Assembly: GCF_036588685.1 (NCBI RefSeq)
Contig: NC_086382.1
Coordinates: 76,942,001 to 77,006,000, forward strand
Source: Mytilus trossulus
Taxonomy: Eukaryota
Length of the DNA stretch: 64,000 nucleotides
Direction of reading: 5' to 3'
Shown: in pieces, positions 12,455-23,907 of the stretch
How the letters are laid out: the number at the start of each line of letters is the position of its first letter
How positions within the stretch are numbered: position 1 is the first letter of the stretch
Made by a program: the position numbers and the translations under genes
Notes under the pieces: model-generated
Databases searched by the model: none
What the model was told of the DNA's origin: nothing
What the model saw: the letters and a program-made list of their open reading frames with translations, nothing else

Positions 12455-12498
12455 ACACCAGATGCGCATTTCGACAAAACATGTCTCTTCAGTGATGC
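12455..12498 (-). ncRNA. Minimal type I hammerhead ribozyme with intact core, copy 1
   Basis: Minus strand reads GCAUCA CUGAAGA GACA-UGUUU-UGUC GAAA U-GCGC-A UC UGGUGU: stem I GCAUCA/UGGUGU, CUGANGA core, 4-bp stem II, GAAA, palindromic stem III, AUC cleavage triplet. Confidence 0.82.
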
Positions 12499-12714
12499 TC
12501 GTGGCCAAAATATTTGAAATCCAAAGCTTATATAAAGGATGAAGAGCTATAATCATATCAAACATAGGTGTGAAACAATTTTAATTTGTTAATACCTAGC
12601 ATGCAAAACAAGTATCTTCACCATAACTGTTTTTTTTTTCATTGCATTCTGAAGGAATATGAGTTTATAATAATCGAATTTAAATTGTAATAGATATTTA
12701 TTTAGCTATATTGC

Positions 12715-12880
12715 GTCGGGGAGGGGGTTGGGGTCCTGATCCCAAAATCCCGAGGTCCCGAATTTAAAAAAAGACCCAAAGATACCGAAATCGCATGATT
12801 AAAAATACCCGATCCCGACGTCCCAAAAAATGTCCTGCCCCTCATCTCCCGACCCAAACCCCCCAACCCCAACCCCCTCA
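12715..12880. repeat. Short GC-rich dispersed element with G-rich/C-rich complementary ends (copies at 24124-24289 and 52546-52711)
   Basis: Begins ggggagggggttgggg, ends cccccaaccccaacccc, with internal atcccg motifs. Confidence 0.5.
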
Positions 12881-12952
12881 TATTGTGTATTTTTATACTT
12901 CTGCTAGTCTTTGCAATTAGACCGGTTTTCATTCGTTCAATAATCTAACTTC

Positions 12953-13411
12953 AGATAGTGAATGAATGATGCGTAAACGCTACCTAACTTTTGTTATATC
13001 TCGAGATATGGAATAAATGATGTGTAGACGCTACCTCTCTTTCGTTATATCACGACATAGTGTATGAAAAATGTGTAGACGCTACCTAAATTTTGTCATA
13101 TCACGAGATAGTGAATGGATGATGTGTAGACGCTACTTCTCTTTCGTTATATCACGACATAGTGTATGAAAAATGTGTAGACGCTACCTTAATTTGGCAT
13201 ATCACGAGATAGTGAATGGATGATGTGTAGAAGCTACCTAGTTTTCGTTATATCACGAGATAGTGAATGGATGATGTGTATACGCTCACTTGTTTTCGTT
13301 ATATAACGAGATATTGAATGGCTGATGTGTATACGCTCACTTATTTTCGTTATATATCGAGGGAGTGAATGAATGATGTGAAGACGCTACCTATTTTTTG
13401 TTATATCACGA
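12953..13411 (+). repeat. 51-bp minisatellite, 9 units (copies at 24362-24820 and 52015-52473 inverted)
   Basis: Unit ~AGATAGTGAATGGATGATGTGTAGACGCTACCTNNTTTTCGTTATATCACG. Confidence 0.92.
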
Positions 13412-13489
13412 GTTTGTCGTTCAATAAACGACAATAAGGCGACAATAAGCTTCAACAAACGACTCTTAAGCGCCAAAAACTTAAGACGG

Positions 13490-13885
13490 AAACTGAGTCT
13501 GGCACAAATACAAAATATCAATCCCGGTATCTTTGATGAATTCATTTACAACCACTGGGTCGATGACACTGTTTGTGGGGTTTTCATTGCCCGAAGGTTT
13601 CATCAGACCAGTAGTCAGCAATTCTGTCTTCACTTTAATTGTCGTTGATTAACAGTTAACAGAGTTTTGATTTTTTTTTATACTAAGCCGCTCTCTGACC
13701 TTTGGAATAGATTAACTTAGCTGTATTTGGCAAAACATTTGGTCCTTAGTGAACATATATTCCTCGTACTTTGTTTGGCATTTATTTGGCCTTTTTTTAT
13801 ACTATCGTCACCGATAAGTCTTTTGTAGACGAAACGCATGTCTGATGCAAATACAAAATTTCCATCCTGGTATCTATGATGAGCC
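13490..13885 (+). mobile_element. Degenerate retrozyme/pLTR-like unit (~345-nt period) with mutated hammerhead at 13805-13848 (copies at 24899-25294 and 51541-51936)
   Basis: The motif gtctg..caaatacaaaat..atcc.ggtatct.tgatga recurs at ~13497 and ~13840. The core reads CCGATAA instead of CTGATGA, followed by gtcttttgtagac GAAA. Confidence 0.7.
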
Positions 13886-14326
13886 TCCTTCATTTAGTAA
13901 CAAGAACAAATATTTAATTAGTTTAGCGACAAGAAAATATATTAAGCGTTACAACATTTTAAACATTGTCTATTTCAAATAAAACGAATATCATAATCCT
14001 GTTACCTTTAATAGCATATATAGAAACATGCTTTAGTTTCTTTTTTAGTATACTTGTATTATAATCAGTTTACTATACTGTCAGACTAATGAATACATTT
14101 GTTTTGTTCAAAGTAAACAGGTTTTTTTTTATATATTTTAGATGAAATGTTTATTAATCAATATTTGAAACTTACCGGCGTAAAAAGGTATAAATGAAAA
14201 TGTTAAGACATTTTTTATGAACACTTCGTATAATCCGTTGATTGAAGGATTCGTTCATGCCGTATTATCTTAAAGTTAAAGTAATTTTGATTTGCATAAT
14301 CTATTTATCATTAGCTTCATTGTTGT

Positions 14327-14600
14327 AATAGTTATCAAAGATACCAGGATTATAACTTAGTACGCCAGACGCGCGTTTCGTCTACATAAGACTCATAGGT
14401 GACGCTCAAATCAAAATATTTATAAAACCAAACAAGTACAAAGTTGAAGAGCATTGAGGATCCAAAATTCCAAAAAGTTGTGCCAAATACGGCTTAGGTA
14501 ATGTATGCCTGGGATAAAAAAAAATCTTTAGTTTTTCGAAAAAGTTTTGTAAACAGGAAATTTATAAAAATTACCACATTATTGATATTAATCTTAACAC
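14327..14600 (-). mobile_element. Partial retrozyme/pLTR unit with mutated hammerhead at 14362-14405 (copies at 25736-26009 - and 50826-51099 +)
   Basis: gcgtca CCTATGA gtcttatgtagac GAAA cgcgcg TC tggcgt; the rest aligns to the 63514-63930 repeat. Confidence 0.8.
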
Positions 14601-14716
14601 TATTATCATATTCATAATACTTAAAATAAATGTCTGACATGTTTTTTTACTTTATAAATCTGAACATATTAAATTCTGTGTAATATGTCTTTTTTAGTGA
14701 AATGTCACTTATGATA

Positions 14717-14852
14717 GATATAGGAAGATGTGGTGTGAGTGCCAATGAGACAACTTTCCATCCGAGTAACAATTTAAAAAGTAAACCATTATAGGTTAAA
14801 GTACGGCCTTCAACACGGAGCCTTTGGCTCAAACCGAACAACAAGCTATAAA
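14717..14852 (-). mobile_element. SINE-like fragment (copies at 26126-26261 and 50574-50709; related piece at ~59610-59750)
   Basis: gtacggccttcaacacgga.c.ttggctca is shared with 59632-59662, and it has a ttgtctcattggcactcacaccacatcttc tail. Family assignment is from recognition only. Confidence 0.5.
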
Positions 14853-16038
14853 GTCTGTTTACCTATTATGAGAGGGTACAACAATTGCAGTATTTTGACA
14901 GGGTGTTTTTTCGCCTACTATTAATTATGATACAGAAGGAAAAAAATCTTTCTGACTTTATTTTAAATATACTTTTTGTCGTTAAAATCATGTATTTAAC
15001 ATTTTACATTTACTTATAATAACTAAACTATAATCCTGGTACCTTTGATAACTATTACCTTCAGATTTGAAATAACTGATATTTTTGTTTTTTACTTCTA
15101 ATAAAGTTGTTACCAATTACTAGTAGCCATAAAATACTTACTTTGCGCTCAATAAATCATATGATAGTGATGTATGAAATCAAAATAAAATTATAATAAA
15201 TTAAACTTTCCTTTGAAGGTAAAACGCAAATTGGGGGAATCAAATAAACCTGTGATCACAATATCAAATCAACTAAATGATCCCACCTGTTATTTACAGT
15301 CTATGAATAATTTATGATCCGATCAAACATAAGTATCATTAAATCAATCTGGAGGTAATGACCTTCAATTCGAAAAACTTATTTCTTATTTGAAAAAAAT
15401 CATATATTATATATTCACACAGTAAATAGCTTTGTAATTGTGTATTATATCATCAAAGTCGATAGCTTACTTAAAGACGTTCACCAATCAACCAAACGAT
15501 AATAAGCTACTGAAAAATGCACATGAAATTATGAAAAGCAAAATAGTGACCCGACAAAATGTAATTACATCAATTATATTTGCTAAACAAAAATGTATGA
15601 TATTGAATTATTTTCAAGCAAATGTATTTTTGAAATTCGCATAAGTGTAAACTTGTATGATTGAAAACAAAACAAACATATCACACAAAAAGGGGTATAT
15701 GTTCAGAGTATTAATTCAGTTTAACTATAGAAAAAAACAGGTTTCACGCTCAGAAAGGATAACATAATGAAAGAGAAGATATTTTAGATTTCCTTGTTTT
15801 AATATTTAAAAAAAAACCAAATGGAACAAAAATTAATAGTTGACATGTATATGCGTACACAAGATTAAATGATCACAAAATGGCATTAGCACACCTATGT
15901 TTTAGATTTAAAGATAGAGTTAGGGTAAGGATTAAGGTTAGGTTCACAGATATTGAATTCATCGACGAAGACATGACACATACACAGGTTGTATGAACAG
16001 TAACACTTTATGTACAGAAAAAAAAGAACACCAACTGG

Positions 16039-18134
16039 CTAATAATTACCATCAGTCGCTTGCTTTCACAGCGTTGTTAATAATTACCATCAGTCGCTTG
16101 GTTCTACAGTGTTGTTGATAAGTACCATCAGTCGCTTGCCTAGGTTTCACAGGACTGTTAATAATAACCACCAGTCCCTTGTCAGGTTTCATAGTGTTGT
16201 TTACAAATTACCATCAGTCATTTACCTGGTTTCACAGTGTTGTTAACAATCAACATCGTTCGCTTGCTTGGTTTCACAGTGTTGTTAACAATCACCATCA
16301 GTCGCTTTCCTGGTTTCACAGTGTTGTTGATAATTACCATCAGTCACTTGCCTGGTTTCACAGTGTTGTTAATAATTACCATCAGTCACTTGCCTGGTTT
16401 CACAGTGTTGTTAATAATTACCATCAGTCACTTGCCTGGTTTCACAGTGTTGTTGATAATTACCATCAGTCGCTTGCCTGGTTTCACAGTGTTGTTAATA
16501 ATTACCATCAGTTGCTTGCCTGGTTTCACAGTGTTGTTAATAATTACTATCAGTCGCTTGCCTGGTTTCACAGTGTTGTTTATAATTAACATCAGTCGCT
16601 TGCCTGGTTTTACAGTGTTGTTAATAAGTACCATCAGTCGCTTGCCTAGGTTTCACAGTGTTATTATTCATTACCATCAGTCGCTTGCCTGGTTTCACAG
16701 TGTTATTATTAATTAACATCAGTCGCTTGCCTGGTTTCACAGTGTTGTTAATAATTAACATCAGTCGCTTGCCTGGTTTTACAGTGTTGTTGATAATTAC
16801 TATCAGTCGCTTGTCTGGTTTTACAGTGTTGTTAATAATTACTATCAGTCGATTGGTTTACAGTGTTGTTAATAATTACCATCAATCGCTTGCCTGGTTT
16901 CACAGTGTTGCTAATAGTTACCATCAGTCACTTGCCTGGTTTCACAGTGTTGTTGATAATTACCATCAGTCGCTTGCCTTGTTTTACAGTGTTGCTAATA
17001 ATTACCATCAGTCGCTTGCCTTGTTTTACAGTGTTGCTAATAATTACCATCAGTCGCTTGCCTTGTTTTACAGTGTTGCTAATAATTACCATCAGTCGCT
17101 TGCCTTGTTTTACAGTGTTGCTAATAATTACCATCAGTCGCTTGCCTTGTTTTACAGTGTTGCTAATAATTACCATCAGTCGCTTGCCTGGTTTCACAGT
17201 GTTGCTAATAATTACCATCAGTCGCTTGCCTTGTTTTACAGTGTTGCTAATAGTTACCATCAGTCGCTTGCCTTGTTTTACAGTGTTGTTAATAATTACC
17301 ATCAGTCGCTTGCCTTGTTTTACAGTGTTGCTAATAATTACCATCAGTCGCTTGCCTTGTTTTACAGTGTTGCTAATAATTACCATCAGTCGCTTGCCTT
17401 GTTTTACAGTGTTGCTAATAATTACCATCAGTCGCTTGCCTTGTTTTACAGTGTTGCTAATAATTACCATCAGTCGCTTGCCTTGTTTTACAGTGTTGCT
17501 AATAATTACCATCAGTCGCTTGCCTTGTTTTACAGTGTTGCTAATAATTACCATCAGTCGCTTGCCTTGTTTTACAGTGTTGCTAATAATTACCATCAGT
17601 CGCTTGCCTGGTTTCACAGTGTTGCTAATAATTACCATCAGTCGCTTGCCTTGTTTTACAGTGTTGCTAATAGTTACCATCAGTCGCTTGCCTTGTTTTA
17701 CAGTGTTGTTAATAATTACCATCAGTCGCTTGCCTTGTTTTACAGTGTTGTTAATAATTACCATCAGTCGCTTGCCTTGTTTTACAGTGTTGCTAATAAT
17801 TACCATCAGTCGCTTGCCTTGTTTTACAGTGTTGTTAATAATTACCATCAGTCGCTTGCCTTGTTTTACAGTGTTGCTAATAATTACCATCAGTCGCTTG
17901 CCTGGTTTTAAAGTGTTGTTAATAATAAACAACAGTTTCTTGCCTGGTTTCACAGTGTTGTTTATAATAAAGATCAGTCGCTTGCCTGGTTTCACAGTGT
18001 TGTTAATAATTACCATCAGTCACTTGGTTTCACAGTGTTATTAATAAATACCATCAGTCACTTGCCTGGTTTCACTGTGTTGGTAATACTAAACATCAGT
18101 CACTTGCCTGGTTTCACAGTGTTGTTAATAATTA
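16039..18134 (+). repeat. 42-bp minisatellite, copy 2
   Basis: Same unit order as copy 1 (identical translations). Confidence 0.98.
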
Positions 18135-20802
18135 AAACAATATTTTTGTTATCTTTAAATGCATTTGTGTATGTAAATCTTTTAATTTTTTAATTTTTTG
18201 GTATAAGACAACAACCATATTATACATTTAATTATTGGTTTGTAACGATGAGTAATATCTGGTGTATTTCTTCTGTAGGCATAAAGTATTGATGCTGCAG
18301 GCTCTTAGTTCAGGGAATTTATTCCAAACTTTTGTAGTTTGGAAAACGAATGAATATGGTAACTAACTTTGTTGCATCGAATTTGTCTGTATAGTTGTTT
18401 GTGATAAGACCTGGAATTGTGGTCATAAATCTTTCGAATCTTTTAGACCCGGATATCAACCAATCAAAATACAGGATTTGTTGTTGCGAGCACAATTTTA
18501 CTCCGAGTACCGGTGTTTGTTTAGCTTCAGATTAGGGTTAGGTTACCATACAGTATAGCAATTTTGTTGTTCAACGTGTTTTATCTGCTTTAAATGTTTG
18601 CTATGTGAACGCTTTCCTTCCACAATGAGAAAACGAAATCGTAATCGTCAATAAAATTTCCGTACATGGAAAATATGAATCAATTCAACTTGTTGATATT
18701 GATGTGGGAAAGACCTTCTGATGAGTTTCATTCATATATTACAATTAAACTTAGATTTGAATCTTCTCCGTGAGTTTTATACCAAGTAAACGTAGATTTC
18801 AATGTTCTCTGAGAGTTTTCGTGCGAAGTAAACATTTATTTAAACAGCTAGATCTTCTACAAGAGCTCATAAATCAATATGCATATAATCAAAATAAAAT
18901 AAAAACATAGATAAATTTTTGACACGAATTAATAATTAAAATGAAACTTGGAGATTAAAGTTTTAAGATATTTCTAGAAGAGTCTTGATACAGAATTCAA
19001 ATTATAAAGTTAAGGCAATGAGTTTTTAAACAAAATAATTTTGGGGGAAATGATTTTTTTCCTAATTACTTACGCGCGTCTGGCGTATTAAAGATAACTT
19101 TAAGAACTTTTTACTTCCTCTCAGTTTAAAAAAAAAGTCGACAAATGAATTTTTTTATTTAATTCTTGTTCAAGAACACATAAAACAGAATAATTCAGAT
19201 AAATCCTCAAGTCACTAAAAAGTAGTATACTCCATTGATAACAACATAAGGCATAAAACTTTTGTATAATTGTATTTCAAAAAATGTTAACATACATTTT
19301 GTTTATAAATTAATATCAGCAGCTGTCAACTTATCAGTGGAATATTGAAAGGATACATAAAAAAGCTTGGTTTCATGAAGTAAAACTATACATCAAGAAA
19401 AGCTTGGTTCATGAAGTAAAAAATGTAACAAGCACATTTGGTAAACAAAATATAAAAAGTGTTTAGAAATAAAATAAAAAAAGATTTAGTAAATATGATA
19501 TAGGTAAACAATTATCCCATTTTATGAAGTCATTTGTTAACCTTGAGAACATACTGTTTTATTCAAGTGATTTCAACCGATATCAAAGGATATCTATATA
19601 TTTTCTTTTTTCATCGCATTGATTAAATTCTAAATGACTTTCTCAGACATTTTTGTTTGGCTTGACAAATACAGATTTAACTATTTTTTATTTCATTACC
19701 AATATTTTAATTGCCAATTAGTGGTTTCTCATCTGAAACTGAAACCTTTTAAATTACAATTTTTTTTTTCTTGCTTGATGCATTTAAACACAAAACAGTT
19801 TCTCTTTATGTAAGAGACTTTTGTGACGTGTTCTTTTATAAGTTGAACATATTTATAAAGTCCTGTGTTCTGCAGCGCCCTTGTCATTCCAGTGGTGATC
19901 AACGTCGACAGTGGGTCTTTATTGGAGCGGGAAGCAAGTTCATATTGTGAAAAAGAGGTAAATGTTTTATATTATATATTTTACAAGGTTTTCTTTTATG
20001 AATATTGAAACATTCAAAATGACAAGAAAAAATTAAAATCACAAAACTCCTAAATCGAAACACAAAGGAAAATTCAAGACAAAAAAGCCAAAATCAAAAG
20101 TTCAAACACATCAAACGAATGGATAACATCTCTGATATTCCTGACTTGGTACATGCATTTTCTGATTTAGAAAATGGTGGATTGAACTCGGTTGTATAGC
20201 TAGCTAAACCTCTCACTTGGATGACAGTCGCATCAAATTCCATAATATTGACAATGATGTGCGAACAAACTAAACAGACACAAAAGGTTAAAATGCTTCA
20301 ACCAATAATGCTAACCCCAACAAAAACATGGGATGATATCACATGTGAAATCCGTCGTGTATTGCTTATTCTATTACAAAGCCGATTCATACTCTTAATT
20401 CAGTAAGTCATATTCGTGAAATACGAACGCGATTTAGCCATGTGTTTACGGACTTTCTAATTGAATTTTCCTCGGAGTTCAGTATTTTGTCATTTAACTT
20501 TTTTGCAGTTAGGACATAAGAAATATATCCAATATCACATGTGAAACACATAATCCATAACGGTCAACCCACTCGTGATGGCGTCTGCAAGATTTACGAA
20601 GTGATAATTTCAACTTCACCATTTGGAACTTTGGAAAAGGTCAGAATTCAGAAGCTGAAATTAACATTTTGTCGTAAAGTTTTGATTTCAACCGACCCTT
20701 TTGTCAATTTCTAGATAAAATCCTTATCAAAAGTCATAAAATGTCAAAAGCTCAAATACTTATGCGTTTGTTTGTTTTTCAGCACCTAAAGAATACGTTA
20801 TA

Positions 20803-21879
20803 ATGTTCCAGATACATCCTAAAATGATGACAATTGTGGTATTAGTTATCATATGTGCATTCTGTTTGAAAGATTCTTTAGCCAGACATAATCCATATAC
20901 ACCAACTAAATACCAGAAGAAGATAGCTCAAGGATTTTCCACGAATTATTTCAAAACCCTCAATTTCAAGAAATACAACAAGAAAAACTTAGCTGATATT
21001 TATGAACGAGGTTTTAGAAATGTACGATTAAGATGTAGAGCAGATCTTGACAATTTAAACATGGCTATCTTTTTGGATAATTTAGAGACTGTCGTGAACG
21101 ATTGTCTTGCTACGAACATTGCTCCAATAATTTCTTGGATCCATCACGAGGCCGAAGCTTTCGCTACTGAATCACATCGAACCAATTATTTGAAGTGGTG
21201 GAGACGAGTTGCTGAAAAGCTGAAAGATAAGGACTACAGACTTTCATTCAACCTATTTACAGAACTAGGAGTCGACTCATGTGAAAATGAGTGCGCACAA
21301 AGTCTCAGAGAAAACACAGCAAAATACAACGACTGGACATCTGCTGTCGTAAAAAAGATAAGAAAATCCGGCGGAAAGAATGATAAACGGATGCTGATTC
21401 TAGGTTCTCCAAAGAAAACTGCTAAAGGATTAGAAGAAATCGACCAAAATATTTATAAAAACGATCCTTATATGATGGCAGAGTGGCATATCTATGCATC
21501 CGGACCAAATAAAAAACTAACGAACGACGGAAATCCAGGTCAAAAATATTGGTCTGGGACTGGCGACGATTTTGGAAAAAGTAATGTCATGCTTGCCATC
21601 GGATATGCAAACTATTTTACATCATTTTACAATTTGACCACTTATCTTGGTGCTTGGATGCCACAAGCTAATGAATTCGGGGACTTGAACCAATCGGAAA
21701 TCATTAATTTTGGAAAATATTTTGTCCAAGTAATCAAACCGATCCCTTGGTCGATGAATGTTCTTGATACCTACTACGACACAAGGAACAGCGATTGGAA
21801 ATTAGATGACCAGGTTATCAAAGGTCAGACATTGAATATGTCACGAGTTCTGGATGAAATTATATCGGTTATGAAATGA
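20803..21879 (+). CDS. Secreted GH5-like protein, copy 2
   Basis: Translation identical to copy 1. Confidence 0.88.
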   Translation: MFQIHPKMMTIVVLVIICAFCLKDSLARHNPYTPTKYQKKIAQGFSTNYFKTLNFKKYNKKNLADIYERGFRNVRLRCRADLDNLNMAIFLDNLETVVNDCLATNIAPIISWIHHEAEAFATESHRTNYLKWWRRVAEKLKDKDYRLSFNLFTELGVDSCENECAQSLRENTAKYNDWTSAVVKKIRKSGGKNDKRMLILGSPKKTAKGLEEIDQNIYKNDPYMMAEWHIYASGPNKKLTNDGNPGQKYWSGTGDDFGKSNVMLAIGYANYFTSFYNLTTYLGAWMPQANEFGDLNQSEIINFGKYFVQVIKPIPWSMNVLDTYYDTRNSDWKLDDQVIKGQTLNMSRVLDEIISVMK

Positions 21880-23863
21880 ATTCAGAAAAAACATTTTTTT
21901 TCCATGGTTTTTATACTAATTTATAAACACTAATATTAAGACATTCAATATAATTAGATCGTTTATTCGATATTCCATAAAAATATCGAGGAAATTTGAA
22001 ATACATTCAAACAATTTACAAAGAAAACCCTCTATCGATCAAGTGAGATACCAAAAACGTTTGATACATTCTCTAAAAAGAAAGTTTAAAGGTACCAGTG
22101 ACGTCATAAATTTAGAAATTGTACACATGAAAATTGTCTCTTTATTATATTGTATTTGATATATTATCAGGTTTTTGTTAGATGATTCTATGTTATTTTT
22201 CTTTTTTCTTCTTTGCTGATTTATCACATGATTTAGATGAGTTATACTTAGCGTTTTCTGATACAGTATCTATCTTATGTTGACATATTTTTAACTTGTG
22301 TCATATATCCACTATAAATCCATTATGTTAATAAATACATATTTTCGTATAATATAACGCAGTGCGTGTAGTTGTAAGTTCATTTTCAATCTGTGAGTTT
22401 AAATGTCCCTCTGGTATCATTTGCCCTTATTTTGTAAACATAGATAAATCTGCTAATTTGCAAAAGCTGTTAGAAATGAAAAAAGAACAAGTGAGTGAAA
22501 TTTTCCTCGGAGTTCAGTATTTTTGTGATTTTACTTCTTATTCTTTTTAACACCTGATCTTACAGTGTCCCACACTTCATTATAAAACATAAGATATAAC
22601 ATCACGAATATTCGTAGTTGAAATTAGTCACTTTATAATGGTTCTTTTCGAAAATTTAGAAACCAATGAACAGGTAACTGTTTTTTTGCCGTAACCAGGA
22701 AAACTGATACCCACAAATAAAAGTTGCTCCACAATAATGTAATTTTCCTTAATATGATTACTTACTTAAAAAATGTATTTGGTTACATATTACTTACTGA
22801 AAAAGTGTATTTGGTTACAGTGTGGTTAAGTTGTTTATAAGCAAATGTAAAAAAAAAATACATTCGTGCAGACAAATCTAATTTCAGATTATAATGATGT
22901 ATGTTTGTAACATACAGTAAGGGCATATATTATGTGATACATTGTTCTGGCTTTTGCGTCAATAAATAAAAACCCTCAACATGACGTTAACTCTCTGGCA
23001 ACCAGGCATCTGATCGAGGTTTTGTTGCCAATACTAGACCGTCATGAAAAAATTGATGTGGCAGAAATTAAAAAAAAAAGCAAGCTAAACAAAAAATAAT
23101 ACGAACGGCACCTTGAAGAAAATAATTTCTCATTAGACAAAAACAAAAGAGACCTCGAGTCCAGTAAAGTAAAATGTGAAAATGATTCATTGATCAGATA
23201 CTTTTGATTAGCAAAAAGATACAAAAGTGACAAAAACATACATGCATAAAGATGTAACTATAGACACGAATATAATACTAATACAGTTATATACATCATT
23301 GGTGGGATCAAATCAAAGTTCATTATTTCATAACCAACAGCATATTGGTAAAAACAAAAAGAACGTATTACAAAGACATGCCTCCATAAGTAATGATAAA
23401 ATTACTGTATTTAGCGAAAAAACATTTTCATTGCAGCTTTTAACTAGTGGTCCTCATGTTTGTTGTCTTTTCGTTGTTTTTGGTACGCGATTCACTATTA
23501 ATCAAACCATCATTATCTGTCTTCGAAATGAGTTTTGATTCAATATTCTCTTCACAAGTTTTGATTCGCGGTTCAATGTAAATTTTAACCGTTATATTTC
23601 AGTCTTCTCCATGAGTTTGATTCGATGCTTATTTTTATGATTTTGACAGTCAGCACTATGCAGAATATTTATACTAATGAAATAAATTTTCCCCTCTTGA
23701 ACTAAGTATATAAATTTAGAAAATTGATTAAAATAAAATTGGTTTATTCTCGAAATGTTTTAGCAGGGGACCATTCAAAACACAGGTTCAATCTTACGTA
23801 ATGAATACAGATATAGACATAACTTATATTGCTTCAAATAAAATCAACGGTACCAATTTTGTT

Positions 23864-23907
23864 ACACCAGATGCGCATTTCGACAAAACATGTCTCTTCA
23901 GTGATGC
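23864..23907 (-). ncRNA. Minimal type I hammerhead ribozyme, copy 2
   Basis: Duplicate of 12455-12498. Confidence 0.82.

Larger units (their letters stand above)
4265..15673 (+). repeat. Segmental tandem duplication, unit 1 (11,409 bp)
   Basis: All ORFs recur at +11409 (4770/16179, 9394/20803, 15438/26847). The junction at 15673/15674 has AAA microhomology. Confidence 0.97.

Noticed and set aside
10630-15644. Short 60-105 aa ORFs here, in their duplicates, and in 35177-37072 and 56885-62207
   Set aside because: Low-complexity AT-rich or repeat-derived translations with no recognisable domains. Their recurrence only reflects the segmental duplication.
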